Notes: generated by a model from the sequence alone, not told the origin. A stretch of 64,000 bases of DNA from Bacteroidia bacterium (GCA_020051175.1 JAGVJJ010000042.1:26720-90719), one strand, 5' to 3'; shown: positions 7,646-17,154, numbered from the stretch's first letter. Numbers and translations are program-made.

Positions 7646-9643
7646 ATGATAACATCAACAACTCCTGTCCGTTACGACAGAAAAAAATATAAGGACGATA
7701 CCCTGATAGCACTTTACAAAGGTGTTTTGAAGCCAAGGATGATCGAAGAAAAAATGCTGCTGCTGCTGCGCCAGGGGAAAATAGCGAAATGGTTTTCCGG
7801 TATTGGTCAGGAAGCAGGCTCTGTAGGTGCAGCCATGGCGTTGGAGAAAGATGAATACATTTTGCCGATGCACCGCAACTTGGGGGTTTTTACCACACGC
7901 GAAATTCCGTTGAACCGTTTATTTTCGCAGTTCCAGGGCAAGCCGGGCGGCTTCACCAAAGGACGCGATCGCTCTTTCCACTTTGGAACCCAGGAGTATA
8001 AAATTGTGGGGATGATCTCCCACCTGGGCCCTCAGCTGGGCCTGGCTGACGGGATTGCTTTGGGCAATATCCTGAAAAAGAACAACAAAGTAACCCTGGT
8101 GTATACCGGTGATGGTGGTGCCAGCGAAGGCGATTTCCATGAATCATTGAACGTAGCTGCCGTTTGGGATTTGCCCGTGATATTTGCAATAGAGAACAAC
8201 GGCTACGGTTTGTCCACTCCCAGCAACGAACAATTCAGATGTAAACAATTCATTGACAAGGGAATAGGCTACGGAATGGAAGCGATTCAGGTGGATGGAA
8301 ACAATATCCTGGAAGTATACGATACGGTGAAAAAAATAGCAGAGTCCATCCGTCAGAAACCCCGCCCGGTATTGCTGGAGCTGATAACGTTCCGGATGCG
8401 TGGACATGAAGAAGCTTCCGGAACCAAATACGTTCCGAAGGAATTGCTGGAAACATGGGGTAAAAAAGATCCTTTGAACAATTATGAGCGCTTTTTGCTG
8501 GAAGAAGGTGTACTGGATGAAAAAATGGTAGAAACTTTCCGTGCTGAGATAAAAGAAGAAATTGAAAAAGGCCTTGAAATTGCTTTTGCCGAAACATTGC
8601 CACCTCCTGATACAGAACTGGAATTAAAGGATATGTATTATCCTTTTGAGCTAAAAGAAACCAAACCATCCGGCAATAAAACCAACAAACGTTTTATAGA
8701 TGCTATTTCTGACGGTTTGCGCCTGGCCATGCGCAAGCACCAAAACCTGGTGCTGATGGGTCAGGACATTGCGGAATATGGTGGTGTATTTAAAATTACC
8801 GAAGGCTTTGTTGAGGAGTTTGGGAAACAACGTGTACGCAACACGCCTTTGTGCGAAGCAGCAATTGTTGGAAGCGGTTTTGGCTTGTCTATAAACGGCA
8901 TGAAAGCCATGGTGGAAATGCAGTTTGCCGATTTTGTTACCGAAGGGTTTAACCAGATTGTGAACAACCTTGCCAAATCACACTACCGCTGGGGGCAAAA
9001 TGCCGATGTAGTGGTGCGTATGCCTACCGGTGCGGGAGTTGCAGCGGGTCCGTTCCACTCTCAAAGTAACGAAGCCTGGTTTGTACACACCCCGGGGTTA
9101 AAAGTGGTTTACCCGGCTTTCCCTTCAGATGCAAAAGGTTTATTGCTTACCTCTTTTGAAGATCCAAACCCGGTAATGTTTTTTGAACATAAAGCATTGT
9201 ACAGGAGTATTACTGAAGATGTGCCGGATGATTATTATACAATTCCATTCGGGAAAGCGAAATTCATTACGGAAGGAACTGATTTAACAGTAGTTACTTA
9301 CGGACTGGGCGTCCACTGGGCAATGGAAATCTTAAAAAAGCACCCTGATATTAAAGCTGACCTTATTGATTTGCGCACACTTTTACCTTATGATAAAGAA
9401 GCGATTATCAATTCGGTAAACAAAACAGGAAAAGCGATTGTATTGCACGAAGATACACTGGTAGGTGGTATTGGCGGAGAACTTGCGGCAGTTATTACAG
9501 AACATTGTTTTGAGCGGCTGGATGCGCCTGTGATGCGTTGCGCGAGCCTGGATACCCCAGTGCCTATGAATGCTGATTTGGAAGTGAATTTTCTGGCGAA
9601 ATCACGATTTGAAGAGAAACTACTCGCGTTGTGGAATTACTAA
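7646..9643 (+). CDS. Fused 2-oxoacid (branched-chain alpha-keto acid) dehydrogenase E1 component, alpha+beta subunits
   Basis: The N-terminal half has the TPP-binding motif GDGGASEGDFHESLNVAAVWDLPVIFAIENNGYGLST. The C-terminal half is transketolase-like beta (GQDIAEYGGVFKITEGF, RVRNTPLCEAAIVG). The 665-aa fusion is typical of Bacteroidota. Confidence 0.9.
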   Translation: MITSTTPVRYDRKKYKDDTLIALYKGVLKPRMIEEKMLLLLRQGKIAKWFSGIGQEAGSVGAAMALEKDEYILPMHRNLGVFTTREIPLNRLFSQFQGKPGGFTKGRDRSFHFGTQEYKIVGMISHLGPQLGLADGIALGNILKKNNKVTLVYTGDGGASEGDFHESLNVAAVWDLPVIFAIENNGYGLSTPSNEQFRCKQFIDKGIGYGMEAIQVDGNNILEVYDTVKKIAESIRQKPRPVLLELITFRMRGHEEASGTKYVPKELLETWGKKDPLNNYERFLLEEGVLDEKMVETFRAEIKEEIEKGLEIAFAETLPPPDTELELKDMYYPFELKETKPSGNKTNKRFIDAISDGLRLAMRKHQNLVLMGQDIAEYGGVFKITEGFVEEFGKQRVRNTPLCEAAIVGSGFGLSINGMKAMVEMQFADFVTEGFNQIVNNLAKSHYRWGQNADVVVRMPTGAGVAAGPFHSQSNEAWFVHTPGLKVVYPAFPSDAKGLLLTSFEDPNPVMFFEHKALYRSITEDVPDDYYTIPFGKAKFITEGTDLTVVTYGLGVHWAMEILKKHPDIKADLIDLRTLLPYDKEAIINSVNKTGKAIVLHEDTLVGGIGGELAAVITEHCFERLDAPVMRCASLDTPVPMNADLEVNFLAKSRFEEKLLALWNY

Positions 9644-9652
9644 ATGTTCCAC

Positions 9653-9720
9653 GTTTCAAGTTGCAAGTTTAAAGTTGTATTTAAGCAATAACGGAAACTT
9701 GAAACCTGAAACTTTCAAGT
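9653..9720. repeat. Heptamer-word imperfect inverted repeat (GTTTCAA/GTTGCAA/GTTTAAA vs AAACTTG/AAACCTG/AAACTTT)
   Basis: gtttcaagttgcaagtttaaagttg (9653-9677) and aaacttgaaacctgaaactttcaagt (9695-9720) lie 10 nt after the E1 stop and 7 nt before the nth start. Possible terminator-like hairpin. Confidence 0.7.
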
Positions 9721-9726
9721 AAAGAA

Positions 9727-10374
9727 ATGACAAAAAAAGAACGCTTCGAAAAAGTAATTGGCTATTTCAGTGAGCATCAGCCAATTGCGGAAACAGAACT
9801 GAACTATAATAACCCTTATCAATTACTAGTGGCGGTTATCCTTTCGGCCCAATGCACTGATAAGCGGGTGAATATGATTACGCCTGCCCTTTTCAAAGCT
9901 TTTCCTGAGCCGGAAGTGCTGGCAGCTGCCAGCAGCGATGAAGTGTTTCAGTACATCAAAAGTATCAGTTACCCAAATAACAAGGCAAAACATCTTGTGG
10001 GGATGGCCAACATGCTCATTGATGAGTTTGGTGGCGTTATTCCTTCGGAAGTAAATGAGCTTGTGAAACTGCCCGGAGTGGGTCGCAAAACGGCCAATGT
10101 GATTGCTTCTGTGATTTATGATCAACCGACCATGGCGGTGGATACCCACGTATTCAGGGTAGCAGCCCGCCTGGGACTTACCACCAATTCAAAAACGCCA
10201 CTAGATACTGAAAAACAGCTGGTTAAATACATACCTACCGATAAAGTTGCCATTTCCCATCATTGGCTTATTCTTCATGGTCGTTATATTTGTGTGGCGC
10301 GTACACCCAAGTGCGAAATTTGTCCGCTGACCGCTTTTTGTAAGTATTATGAGAAGGTTAGGATTAAGATGTGA
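9727..10374 (+). CDS. nth: Endonuclease III (DNA-(apurinic/apyrimidinic site) lyase)
   Basis: HhH-GPD motif LPGVGRKTANVI, catalytic region AVDTHVFRV, and C-terminal 4Fe-4S cluster C-X6-C-X2-C-X5-C (CVARTPKCEICPLTAFC). Confidence 0.95.
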   Translation: MTKKERFEKVIGYFSEHQPIAETELNYNNPYQLLVAVILSAQCTDKRVNMITPALFKAFPEPEVLAAASSDEVFQYIKSISYPNNKAKHLVGMANMLIDEFGGVIPSEVNELVKLPGVGRKTANVIASVIYDQPTMAVDTHVFRVAARLGLTTNSKTPLDTEKQLVKYIPTDKVAISHHWLILHGRYICVARTPKCEICPLTAFCKYYEKVRIKM

Positions 10375-10395
10375 GATGTGAGATGAGATGTGAGA
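10368..10395. repeat. Tandem heptamer GATGTGA array overlapping the nth stop codon (left arm of a split inverted repeat)
   Basis: gatgtga gatgtga gatga gatgtga gac. The nth TGA (10372-10374) lies inside the first word. The partner is at 10671-10694. Confidence 0.75.
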
Positions 10396-10670
10396 CATAA
10401 GATTTGAAACGTTAGAAGTGAGCCAAGAGCCAGGGGTTGAAAATTGAAAGACACTTAGAGTCTTTGCGTCTTTGTGCCCAATTTTAAACTTACACATGCC
10501 TGTCCACAGTCTTCGAGCAGGCCCAGTTCCGATAGCTATAGAACACAACACACGACCACCTTTAATTTATAATCCACCTTGGTAATTTTCCAATCACTAA
10601 TTTCAAGAGCATTCGCAATTCAATGGTTAACAACACATTACAAACAAACTTATATGTGCTGCATCCCAAA

Positions 10671-10694
10671 TCCCATATCTCATATCTCACATCT
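10671..10694. repeat. Right arm (TCCCATATCTCATATCTCACATCT) complementary to the GATGTGA array
   Basis: The reverse complement AGATGTGAGATATGAGATATGGGA matches the array at 10368-10395. The arms bracket about 275 nt of ORF-free, hairpin-rich sequence. Confidence 0.7.
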
Positions 10695-10767
10695 AACCTC
10701 TGATAAACAAAAATATTCTATATTAGCCCTGTATTTTAATCTTGTAATACGGTTTTATCCAGCATCT

Positions 10768-13593
10768 ATGAAACAGAAAGCTACTTCAATTTTATCAGCA
10801 TTTTTTATTGGTTTGACATTGCTGTCCTTTCACTCGGCAAACGCCCAGCAGTCGGTAAGTGGTACAGTAAAAGATTTTAAAACCAACGAAGCGCTCTTTG
10901 GGGCAACAGTGGTGGTGAAGGGAACAACTGAGGGTGGCGCAACGGATATGGATGGGAACTTTAAGTTCAATACAACTGCTACTCCCCCGTTAACACTGGT
11001 AATTTCTTATCTTGGATACATTACTTTTGAGCAAACAGTAAGCTCGCTGGATAAACCCATATCTGCTAAAATAAAGCCAAACGAAACATTATTGAAAGAG
11101 GTGGAAGTTGTGGGCGACAGGATTACAGAAAAACAAAAAGAGTCTCCTCTTACCATTGAAGCCTTAGATGTACTCGCCATCAAAGAAACCCCGGCAGCCA
11201 ACTTTTATGAAGGTTTAGGACAGCTGAAAGGAGTGGATATCATTGCTGCCAGTATTGGTTTCAGGGTAGTAAACACACGTGGTTTCAATAGCACATCGCC
11301 CGTAAGGTCCTTGCAGATAATTGACAATGTGGATAACCAGTCGCCCGGGCTGAACTTTTCGCTGGGTAACTTTTTGGGCTCATCGGAACTGGATGTACAA
11401 AAAGTAGAAATCATTGTAGGCGCCAGTTCTGCTTACTATGGTCCAAACGCGTTTAACGGTGTGGTAAGCATGACTACTAAAAATCCGTTTATCAAACCAG
11501 GAATTTCTGCATTTGTTAAGGTTGGGGAGCGTAATATGCTGGAAACAGCAGTACGTTATGCCGAAGTATTTAAAAATAAAGCAGGAGAAGACAAGCTGGC
11601 TTTTAAACTGAACTTGTCGTACATGCGTGCCAATGACTGGGAAGCAGATAATCTGGATCCTGTTTACCAATCTGCAGACGGTAAAAGCAACCCTGGCGGG
11701 TATGATGCAGTTAACCGCTATGGTGATGAGAATTTAACAAGCGGGCAAAACAATGCGACCAGCAATGGACAGCAGATACAGTATCCTGGATTAAAACGCT
11801 GGTATAGAACTGGTTACGAAGAAAAAGATCTTGTAGATTACAATACCAAAAACCTGAAAGTTGCTGCTGCAGTACATTACCGCATCAAACCGGAAACAGA
11901 ATTAATTTATGCTTTTAGTCTTGGTTCAGGCACCACTGTTTACCAGGGAGATAACCGATACAGCCTCCGTGATATCTTGTTTTACCAGAACCGTATTGAG
12001 CTGCAAAAAAAGGATAAGTACTTTATACGTTTTTACAATACCCAGGAAGACGCAGGCCGTTCTTACGATGCTGTATTTACAGCTTTCCAGCTTCAGAACA
12101 GGTCAAAAAACAATGGGGACTGGGGAAGAGATTACCGTAATTTCTGGGCCGGAGCAGTACCGAATACAACACCGAACTGGTCGCAGGGAGGTATGAGCAA
12201 AAATGTAAAGGATTTGCCTGGTTTTCCTACACAGGGTGGCCCTCCTGATTATTATTATGATTATGCCCAGGCCGATGCAGTTATGGCCCAATATTCTGAT
12301 TCCTTAATGCTATGGCACTCCTATGCGCGGGGGTATGCTGACAACAACCGCCTAGTCCCTGGAACCCAAGCCTTTAAAGATGCTTTTGAAGAAATTACCT
12401 CCAAAGCTACTTATGGTGAAGGTGGAACCCGTTTGCTGGATCGTTCTGCATTGTACCATGTGCATGGAGAATACAAATTCACTCCAACCATTATGGACAT
12501 TACAATTGGTGGAAACGGAAGGCTGTATACACCTAATTCCAGCGGTACCGTGTTCAGCGATACAGGAAATGTAAAAATTACCAATTATGAATATGGTATT
12601 TATGCCGGTATTGAGAAAAAGATAATGGAAGAAAAGTTCAAGTTCAACCTGACCACACGTGTAGATAAAAATCAGAACTTCAACTTTGTGGTTTCCCCTG
12701 CAGCATCTGTTGTTTATAACATCAACAAGAAAAACATTCTTCGTTTGTCTTTCTCATCCGCTGTGCGTAACCCAACACTGGCTGACCAGTACCTGTACTA
12801 CAATGTAGGAAGGGCAATACTTATAGGGAACGTAGATGGTTTTGATTCGCTTGTAACCATCGAATCTATTAGAGATTACTACAGTGTGGCGCTCCCGCAA
12901 AAAAGCTCTCTTGTGTATTTTGATGTAGACCCGGTACGTCCGGAAAAAGTAAAATCGGCAGAAATAGGTTACCGCACTACATTGTTTGAGAATTTGTTTT
13001 TTGATGGAAGCTGCTATTATAGCTACTATACCGACTTTATTGGTTATAAACTTGGAGGTGATGTAAGCTTCGCAGCTCCACCGCTGGATAACAACATTAA
13101 CGGTATTACCTTTTACAGGGTAGCAGCAAATGCTGACAATGCAGTAACTTCGCAAGGCGCTTCTGTCGGGCTTACCTATTATTTCAGAAAATTCTTTTCC
13201 ATCAATGGGAACTATTCATATAATACACTGAATAAAAAAGGTTCCGATGATCCTATTATTCCAGCCTTTAACACGCCTAAACACAAGTTTAATATTGGTG
13301 TAAGTGGCAGGGAGATTACTTCATCTTTCAAACCACTTAACAATACCGGATTCAGCATTAACTACCGCTGGGTAGAAGGCTTCCTGTTTGAAGGCTCACC
13401 ACAGTTTACGGGCTATGTTCCTACTTATGACATGGTAGATGTTCAGATAAGCAAATATGTCCCTAAAATCCACAGCACTTTTAAACTGGGGGCTTCCAAC
13501 CTGCTTAACAATAAAACCTACCAGGTATATGGCGGACCAAGAATAGGCCGTATGGTTTATTTTTCCGTTCTGTTTGAGTTGGATAAGAATTAG
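10768..13593 (+). CDS. TonB-dependent outer-membrane receptor with N-terminal carboxypeptidase-regulatory-like domain
   Basis: ATG 10768 gives the signal peptide MKQKATSILSAFFIGLTLLSFHSANAQ. SGTVKD..T.E.L.GATVVVKGTTEGGATDMDGNFKF is the CarbopepD_reg-like domain. A plug region follows (EALDVLAIKETPAANFYEGLGQLKGV), and the protein ends in a beta-barrel (...GRMVYFSVLFELDKN). The 63 codons upstream in the track ORF cover the repeat element. Confidence 0.9.
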   Translation: MKQKATSILSAFFIGLTLLSFHSANAQQSVSGTVKDFKTNEALFGATVVVKGTTEGGATDMDGNFKFNTTATPPLTLVISYLGYITFEQTVSSLDKPISAKIKPNETLLKEVEVVGDRITEKQKESPLTIEALDVLAIKETPAANFYEGLGQLKGVDIIAASIGFRVVNTRGFNSTSPVRSLQIIDNVDNQSPGLNFSLGNFLGSSELDVQKVEIIVGASSAYYGPNAFNGVVSMTTKNPFIKPGISAFVKVGERNMLETAVRYAEVFKNKAGEDKLAFKLNLSYMRANDWEADNLDPVYQSADGKSNPGGYDAVNRYGDENLTSGQNNATSNGQQIQYPGLKRWYRTGYEEKDLVDYNTKNLKVAAAVHYRIKPETELIYAFSLGSGTTVYQGDNRYSLRDILFYQNRIELQKKDKYFIRFYNTQEDAGRSYDAVFTAFQLQNRSKNNGDWGRDYRNFWAGAVPNTTPNWSQGGMSKNVKDLPGFPTQGGPPDYYYDYAQADAVMAQYSDSLMLWHSYARGYADNNRLVPGTQAFKDAFEEITSKATYGEGGTRLLDRSALYHVHGEYKFTPTIMDITIGGNGRLYTPNSSGTVFSDTGNVKITNYEYGIYAGIEKKIMEEKFKFNLTTRVDKNQNFNFVVSPAASVVYNINKKNILRLSFSSAVRNPTLADQYLYYNVGRAILIGNVDGFDSLVTIESIRDYYSVALPQKSSLVYFDVDPVRPEKVKSAEIGYRTTLFENLFFDGSCYYSYYTDFIGYKLGGDVSFAAPPLDNNINGITFYRVAANADNAVTSQGASVGLTYYFRKFFSINGNYSYNTLNKKGSDDPIIPAFNTPKHKFNIGVSGREITSSFKPLNNTGFSINYRWVEGFLFEGSPQFTGYVPTYDMVDVQISKYVPKIHSTFKLGASNLLNNKTYQVYGGPRIGRMVYFSVLFELDKN

Positions 13594-13762
13594 TTCATTG
13601 GTTCATTGGTTCACTGGTTTATTGGTTATCAGTTATTGGTTATTAAGTGACAATAGACAATAAGCAATAAACAGTTGGGCAGTTGGCAGTTGGGCAGTTG
13701 GGCAGTTGGCAATAAAGTAATTGTACAACTAAACTAATGAACCAATGAACTAGTGAACTAAC
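13593..13762. repeat. Nested word-repeat palindrome: GTTCATTG-type arms enclosing (CAGTTGG(G))x5
   Basis: The left arm gttcattggttcattggttcactgg starts on the last base of the TAG stop. The right arm ctaatgaaccaatgaactagtgaactaac ends at 13762. The interior holds TTATTGG words, gacaatagacaataagcaataa and five CAGTTGG(G) copies (13672-13710). Confidence 0.85.
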
Positions 13763-13839
13763 TCCCGCTGTTCATAATCCCTTTCTATTGTTAATGAACT
13801 TTTCGCTAATTTTATTCCGGTAATTTATATTTCTAGACT

Positions 13840-15495
13840 ATGCTTCAACATCTTTCTATACAGAACTATGCTTTAATTGATAAACTGGACGTTGACTTTT
13901 CAAACGGGCTGACTATCATTACAGGTGAAACGGGTGCCGGTAAATCCATTTTGCTAGGTGCTTTAGGATTGATTGCGGGCAACCGTGCCGATACACAGGC
14001 TTTACAGGATAAAGCAAAAAAATGCATTGTTGAAGCATCTTTTAATATTAAAGAATATGCATTAAAAGATTTTTTCTGGGCAAATGAGCTGGACTATGAA
14101 GTAGTGACAAGCATCCGCAGGGAAATAACCCCTGAAGGTAAATCACGTGCCTTTATTAACGACACGCCAGTTACATTGGCTCAACTGAAAGGACTGGCAG
14201 AGCGGTTAGTAGACATTCACAGCCAGCACCAGACATTAACTATTAATGGCAGCGAGTTCCAGCTTTCAGTAGTAGATGCGTATGCTAGCCATGCAGATGC
14301 GCTGAATGAATATTCCACACAATACAAACAGTACAAAGTGCTTGAAAAAGCACTGAATGAGCTTGTAAACAAAGAGGCACAGGCAAAAAAAGATCTTGAC
14401 TATTTTCAGTTCCAGTTCAATGAACTGGAAGAGGCGGGCTTAAAGTCCGGTGAGCAGCAGGATATGGAACAGGAACTGGAAACACTGAACAATGCTGAAG
14501 ATATAAAGCTTAACCTTTCTAAAGCCGCTGCAGGTCTTAATGGCGGGGAACAAAACCTGATTTCGTCACTGAATGAAATAAAGGCCCTTCTTACGAACAT
14601 AGCCAAATTTAAACCTGAAATAAACGATCTGAGCACACGCCTTTCCAGCGCTTATATAGAGCTGAAAGACATCAGCAATGAGCTGGAAAGTATTGAGCAG
14701 GACATTGTTTATGATCCTAAACGTATTGAAACCCTGAATGAGCAGCTGGATGCCATTTATCGACTGCAACAGAAACACCAGGTAAAAACGGTGGAAGAAC
14801 TGATTGCGATTAAAGATGAGCTGAGCGGTAAGCTCCTTGAATTCAGCTCTCTTGAGCATGAAATTGAAAAAACAAAAAAAGAGCTGGATACGATTCAGAA
14901 ATCATTGGCAGCACTTGCCAAAAAGATTGCCGGCAACCGTAAAAAAGAGATCCCGAAAATAGAGAAAGAGATAGCCTCCCTTCTCTCCTCCTTATCCATG
15001 CCGAATGCACAGCTAAAAGTAGAACATACCGAAACAGGTATTTTAGGACCTCATGGAACGGACAAAGTAAACTTTCTTTTCTCTGCCAATAAAGGCAGCG
15101 ATTTTAAAGAGCTGAACAAAGTTGCTTCGGGCGGTGAATTATCCCGCCTGATGCTGAGTATTAAATCACTGATTGCACAACTCACTGCACTGCCAACCAT
15201 AATTTTTGATGAGATAGATACAGGTGTTTCCGGTGATGTGGCTGATAAGGTGGGCAGCATCATGAATGTTATGGCGAAAGCAATGCAGGTGATAACCATA
15301 ACGCACCTGCCACAAATTGCCAGCAAAGGCGGCTCGCATTTGTTTGTTTATAAGGAAGACAAAAACAACAAAACCTATAGCAATATAAAAAGGCTGAATG
15401 CGGATGAACGCGTGCAGGAAATAGCAAAAATGTTAAGCACAGGAACTCCTACAGCGGCAGCTATCAGCAATGCGAAGGAGTTGTTGAAGAACTGA
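13840..15495 (+). CDS. recN: DNA repair protein RecN
   Basis: The N-terminus MLQHLSIQNYALIDKLDVDFSNGLTIITGETGAGKSILLGAL carries the Walker A motif. A long coiled-coil middle follows, and the C-terminus has the SMC signature ASGGELSRLMLS plus Walker B IIFDEIDTGVSG. Confidence 0.95.
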   Translation: MLQHLSIQNYALIDKLDVDFSNGLTIITGETGAGKSILLGALGLIAGNRADTQALQDKAKKCIVEASFNIKEYALKDFFWANELDYEVVTSIRREITPEGKSRAFINDTPVTLAQLKGLAERLVDIHSQHQTLTINGSEFQLSVVDAYASHADALNEYSTQYKQYKVLEKALNELVNKEAQAKKDLDYFQFQFNELEEAGLKSGEQQDMEQELETLNNAEDIKLNLSKAAAGLNGGEQNLISSLNEIKALLTNIAKFKPEINDLSTRLSSAYIELKDISNELESIEQDIVYDPKRIETLNEQLDAIYRLQQKHQVKTVEELIAIKDELSGKLLEFSSLEHEIEKTKKELDTIQKSLAALAKKIAGNRKKEIPKIEKEIASLLSSLSMPNAQLKVEHTETGILGPHGTDKVNFLFSANKGSDFKELNKVASGGELSRLMLSIKSLIAQLTALPTIIFDEIDTGVSGDVADKVGSIMNVMAKAMQVITITHLPQIASKGGSHLFVYKEDKNNKTYSNIKRLNADERVQEIAKMLSTGTPTAAAISNAKELLKN

Positions 15496-15799
15496 TGTTA
15501 TCTGTTTTTTTTCCTACCTGTATCTTGAAAAGTTTGCAAAATGGCAACAGTTGAAAAGCGATCAGCTTCCGGTTCCATTGTTATACCATAACTACTTCCA
15601 TTTTTACACATAATTTGTTGGTAAAAAACAACAATTTACAGTTGGTTCTTCTGCAATAAACCCAATTTTGAGAAATTTTAGTTGCAAAAACTGCAAATTA
15701 ACCTACTGCCTGAAGATTCTCTAAAGTTTTTTTTGCACTTTCTAACTAAAAGAAGTTATCAACAGCAATTGTCAGTTTTCAAGGGTTGGTTTACCAGCC

Positions 15800-15807
15800 T
15801 AAATTTG
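15800..15807 (+). promoter_or_regulatory. Bacteroidota -7 promoter box TAAATTTG upstream of the HMGR operon
   Basis: Matches TAnnTTTG and lies 67 nt upstream of ATG 15874, inside a 378-nt ORF-free leader. Confidence 0.4.
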
Positions 15808-15873
15808 CATCGTAAATAATATTATATTGCATACAAAACCTAACGAAGAAAAAACTTATTAATACTTTAAAAT

Positions 15874-17154
15874 ATGGCATCATCATCGGACAAAGCAAGT
15901 AAAGCATTGCACATACTGGAAAGCTTTAACAGTGTAGAAGGTATTATTGAAAAAATTAAAAACCACACAACAATACCTTCTAAAAACGACAGGCTTCCTG
16001 TAGAACTGAATGCCTCTGAAGAAGGCACGAAAAAACGAATGGAATTCGTTGCAAACGAAACCGGCAAAACGATGGAATTCCTGACCGGGAAGAAAAAGTT
16101 TGAGGATTTTAAACAGTTGGAAGGCAATATTGAAAACTACATGGGTATGTCAATGATCCCAACCGGTATTATTGGCCCGGTAAGGGTTATCGGTTCAGCT
16201 GCCCAGGGCGATTTTTTTGTGCCACTTGCCACTTCTGAAGGTGCCCTGGTGGCTTCTTACCACAGGGGAGCAAAAGCGTGTTATCTTGCAGGTGGCGCTA
16301 CATCCATCTGTATTGTTGAAGGTGTTCAGCGAAGCCCGGTATTCAAGTTTACCAATATTGGTGAATTAGGCCTTTTCCTGGCCTGGGTTCTGCAACGCGT
16401 AGAAGAGTTCAAAAAAATAACTGAAAGCAGCAGCCGCTATGCCAAACTTACTGATCTGAAAGCGAACATAGAAGGCAATCACCTCATTTTAACTTTTGAG
16501 TACCATACCGGTGATGCATCCGGACAAAACATGGTGACCTTGTGTACTGATGCTATCTGTAAATATATAATTGAAAGCGCCCCTGTTAAGCCATTGTTCT
16601 GGTTCATTGAAGGCAATTACTCCAGCGACAAAAAAGCGACTGTACTTTCTTTTACCAATGTACGTGGTAAAAAAATAACAACAGAAGTAGTGCTTTCTGA
16701 AAAAATTGTAAATGAAGTTTTAAAAAGTACACCAGAAGCAATGGCAGAGTACTGGCGTTCTTCCACCATGGGAATTATTCAAAGTGGGGCGGTTGGTGCG
16801 CAGGGGCATTACGCAAATGGCTTAACAGCACTATTCATCGCAACCGGACAGGATGCCGCCTGCGTTGCCGAAGCAGCCACAGGAATAACACGTATGGAAT
16901 TGAATAAAGATGGTTCATTATATGCTTCTGTTACCCTTCCAAACCTTATTGTTGGGACGGTTGGTGGCGGCACATCATTACCCACACAAAAGGAGTGTTT
17001 GGAATTAATGGATTGTTACGGAGCGGGCAAATCAAGGAAATTTGCCGAAATATGTGGAGCGGTAGTGCTGGCAGGTGAATTATCCATCGCTGCGGCCCTT
17101 TCTGCAGGGCACTTTTCATCTGCACATAAAAAGTTTGGAAGGAAGAATACATAA
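15874..17154 (+). CDS. Hydroxymethylglutaryl-CoA reductase (catalytic domain only)
   Basis: ENYMGMSMIPTGIIGPVRV, VPLATSEGALVASYHRGAK, TGDASGQNMVT, GTVGGGT and a C-terminal H (GHFSSAHKK) are characteristic HMGR catalytic-domain motifs. Confidence 0.9.
   Translation: MASSSDKASKALHILESFNSVEGIIEKIKNHTTIPSKNDRLPVELNASEEGTKKRMEFVANETGKTMEFLTGKKKFEDFKQLEGNIENYMGMSMIPTGIIGPVRVIGSAAQGDFFVPLATSEGALVASYHRGAKACYLAGGATSICIVEGVQRSPVFKFTNIGELGLFLAWVLQRVEEFKKITESSSRYAKLTDLKANIEGNHLILTFEYHTGDASGQNMVTLCTDAICKYIIESAPVKPLFWFIEGNYSSDKKATVLSFTNVRGKKITTEVVLSEKIVNEVLKSTPEAMAEYWRSSTMGIIQSGAVGAQGHYANGLTALFIATGQDAACVAEAATGITRMELNKDGSLYASVTLPNLIVGTVGGGTSLPTQKECLELMDCYGAGKSRKFAEICGAVVLAGELSIAAALSAGHFSSAHKKFGRKNT

Noticed and set aside
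10579-10767. N-terminal extensions of track ORFs (10579-10767 of the TonB receptor; 28475-28561 of the LytTR regulator; 38260-38337 of the nucleotidyltransferase; TTG/GTG-initiated extensions at 5114, 25927, 34683, 41901, 47636)
   Set aside because: In each case an internal ATG gives a canonical signal peptide or the conserved domain start, and the extension has no such features. The TonB-receptor extension is translated repeat-element sequence.
15874-17154. HMG-CoA reductase as simple evidence for a housekeeping mevalonate pathway
   Set aside because: This is not rejected outright, but no other MVA gene is in the window and the gene is translationally packed with non-MVA lipid-type genes. 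I therefore treat housekeeping use as the null hypothesis to be tested rather than the annotation.
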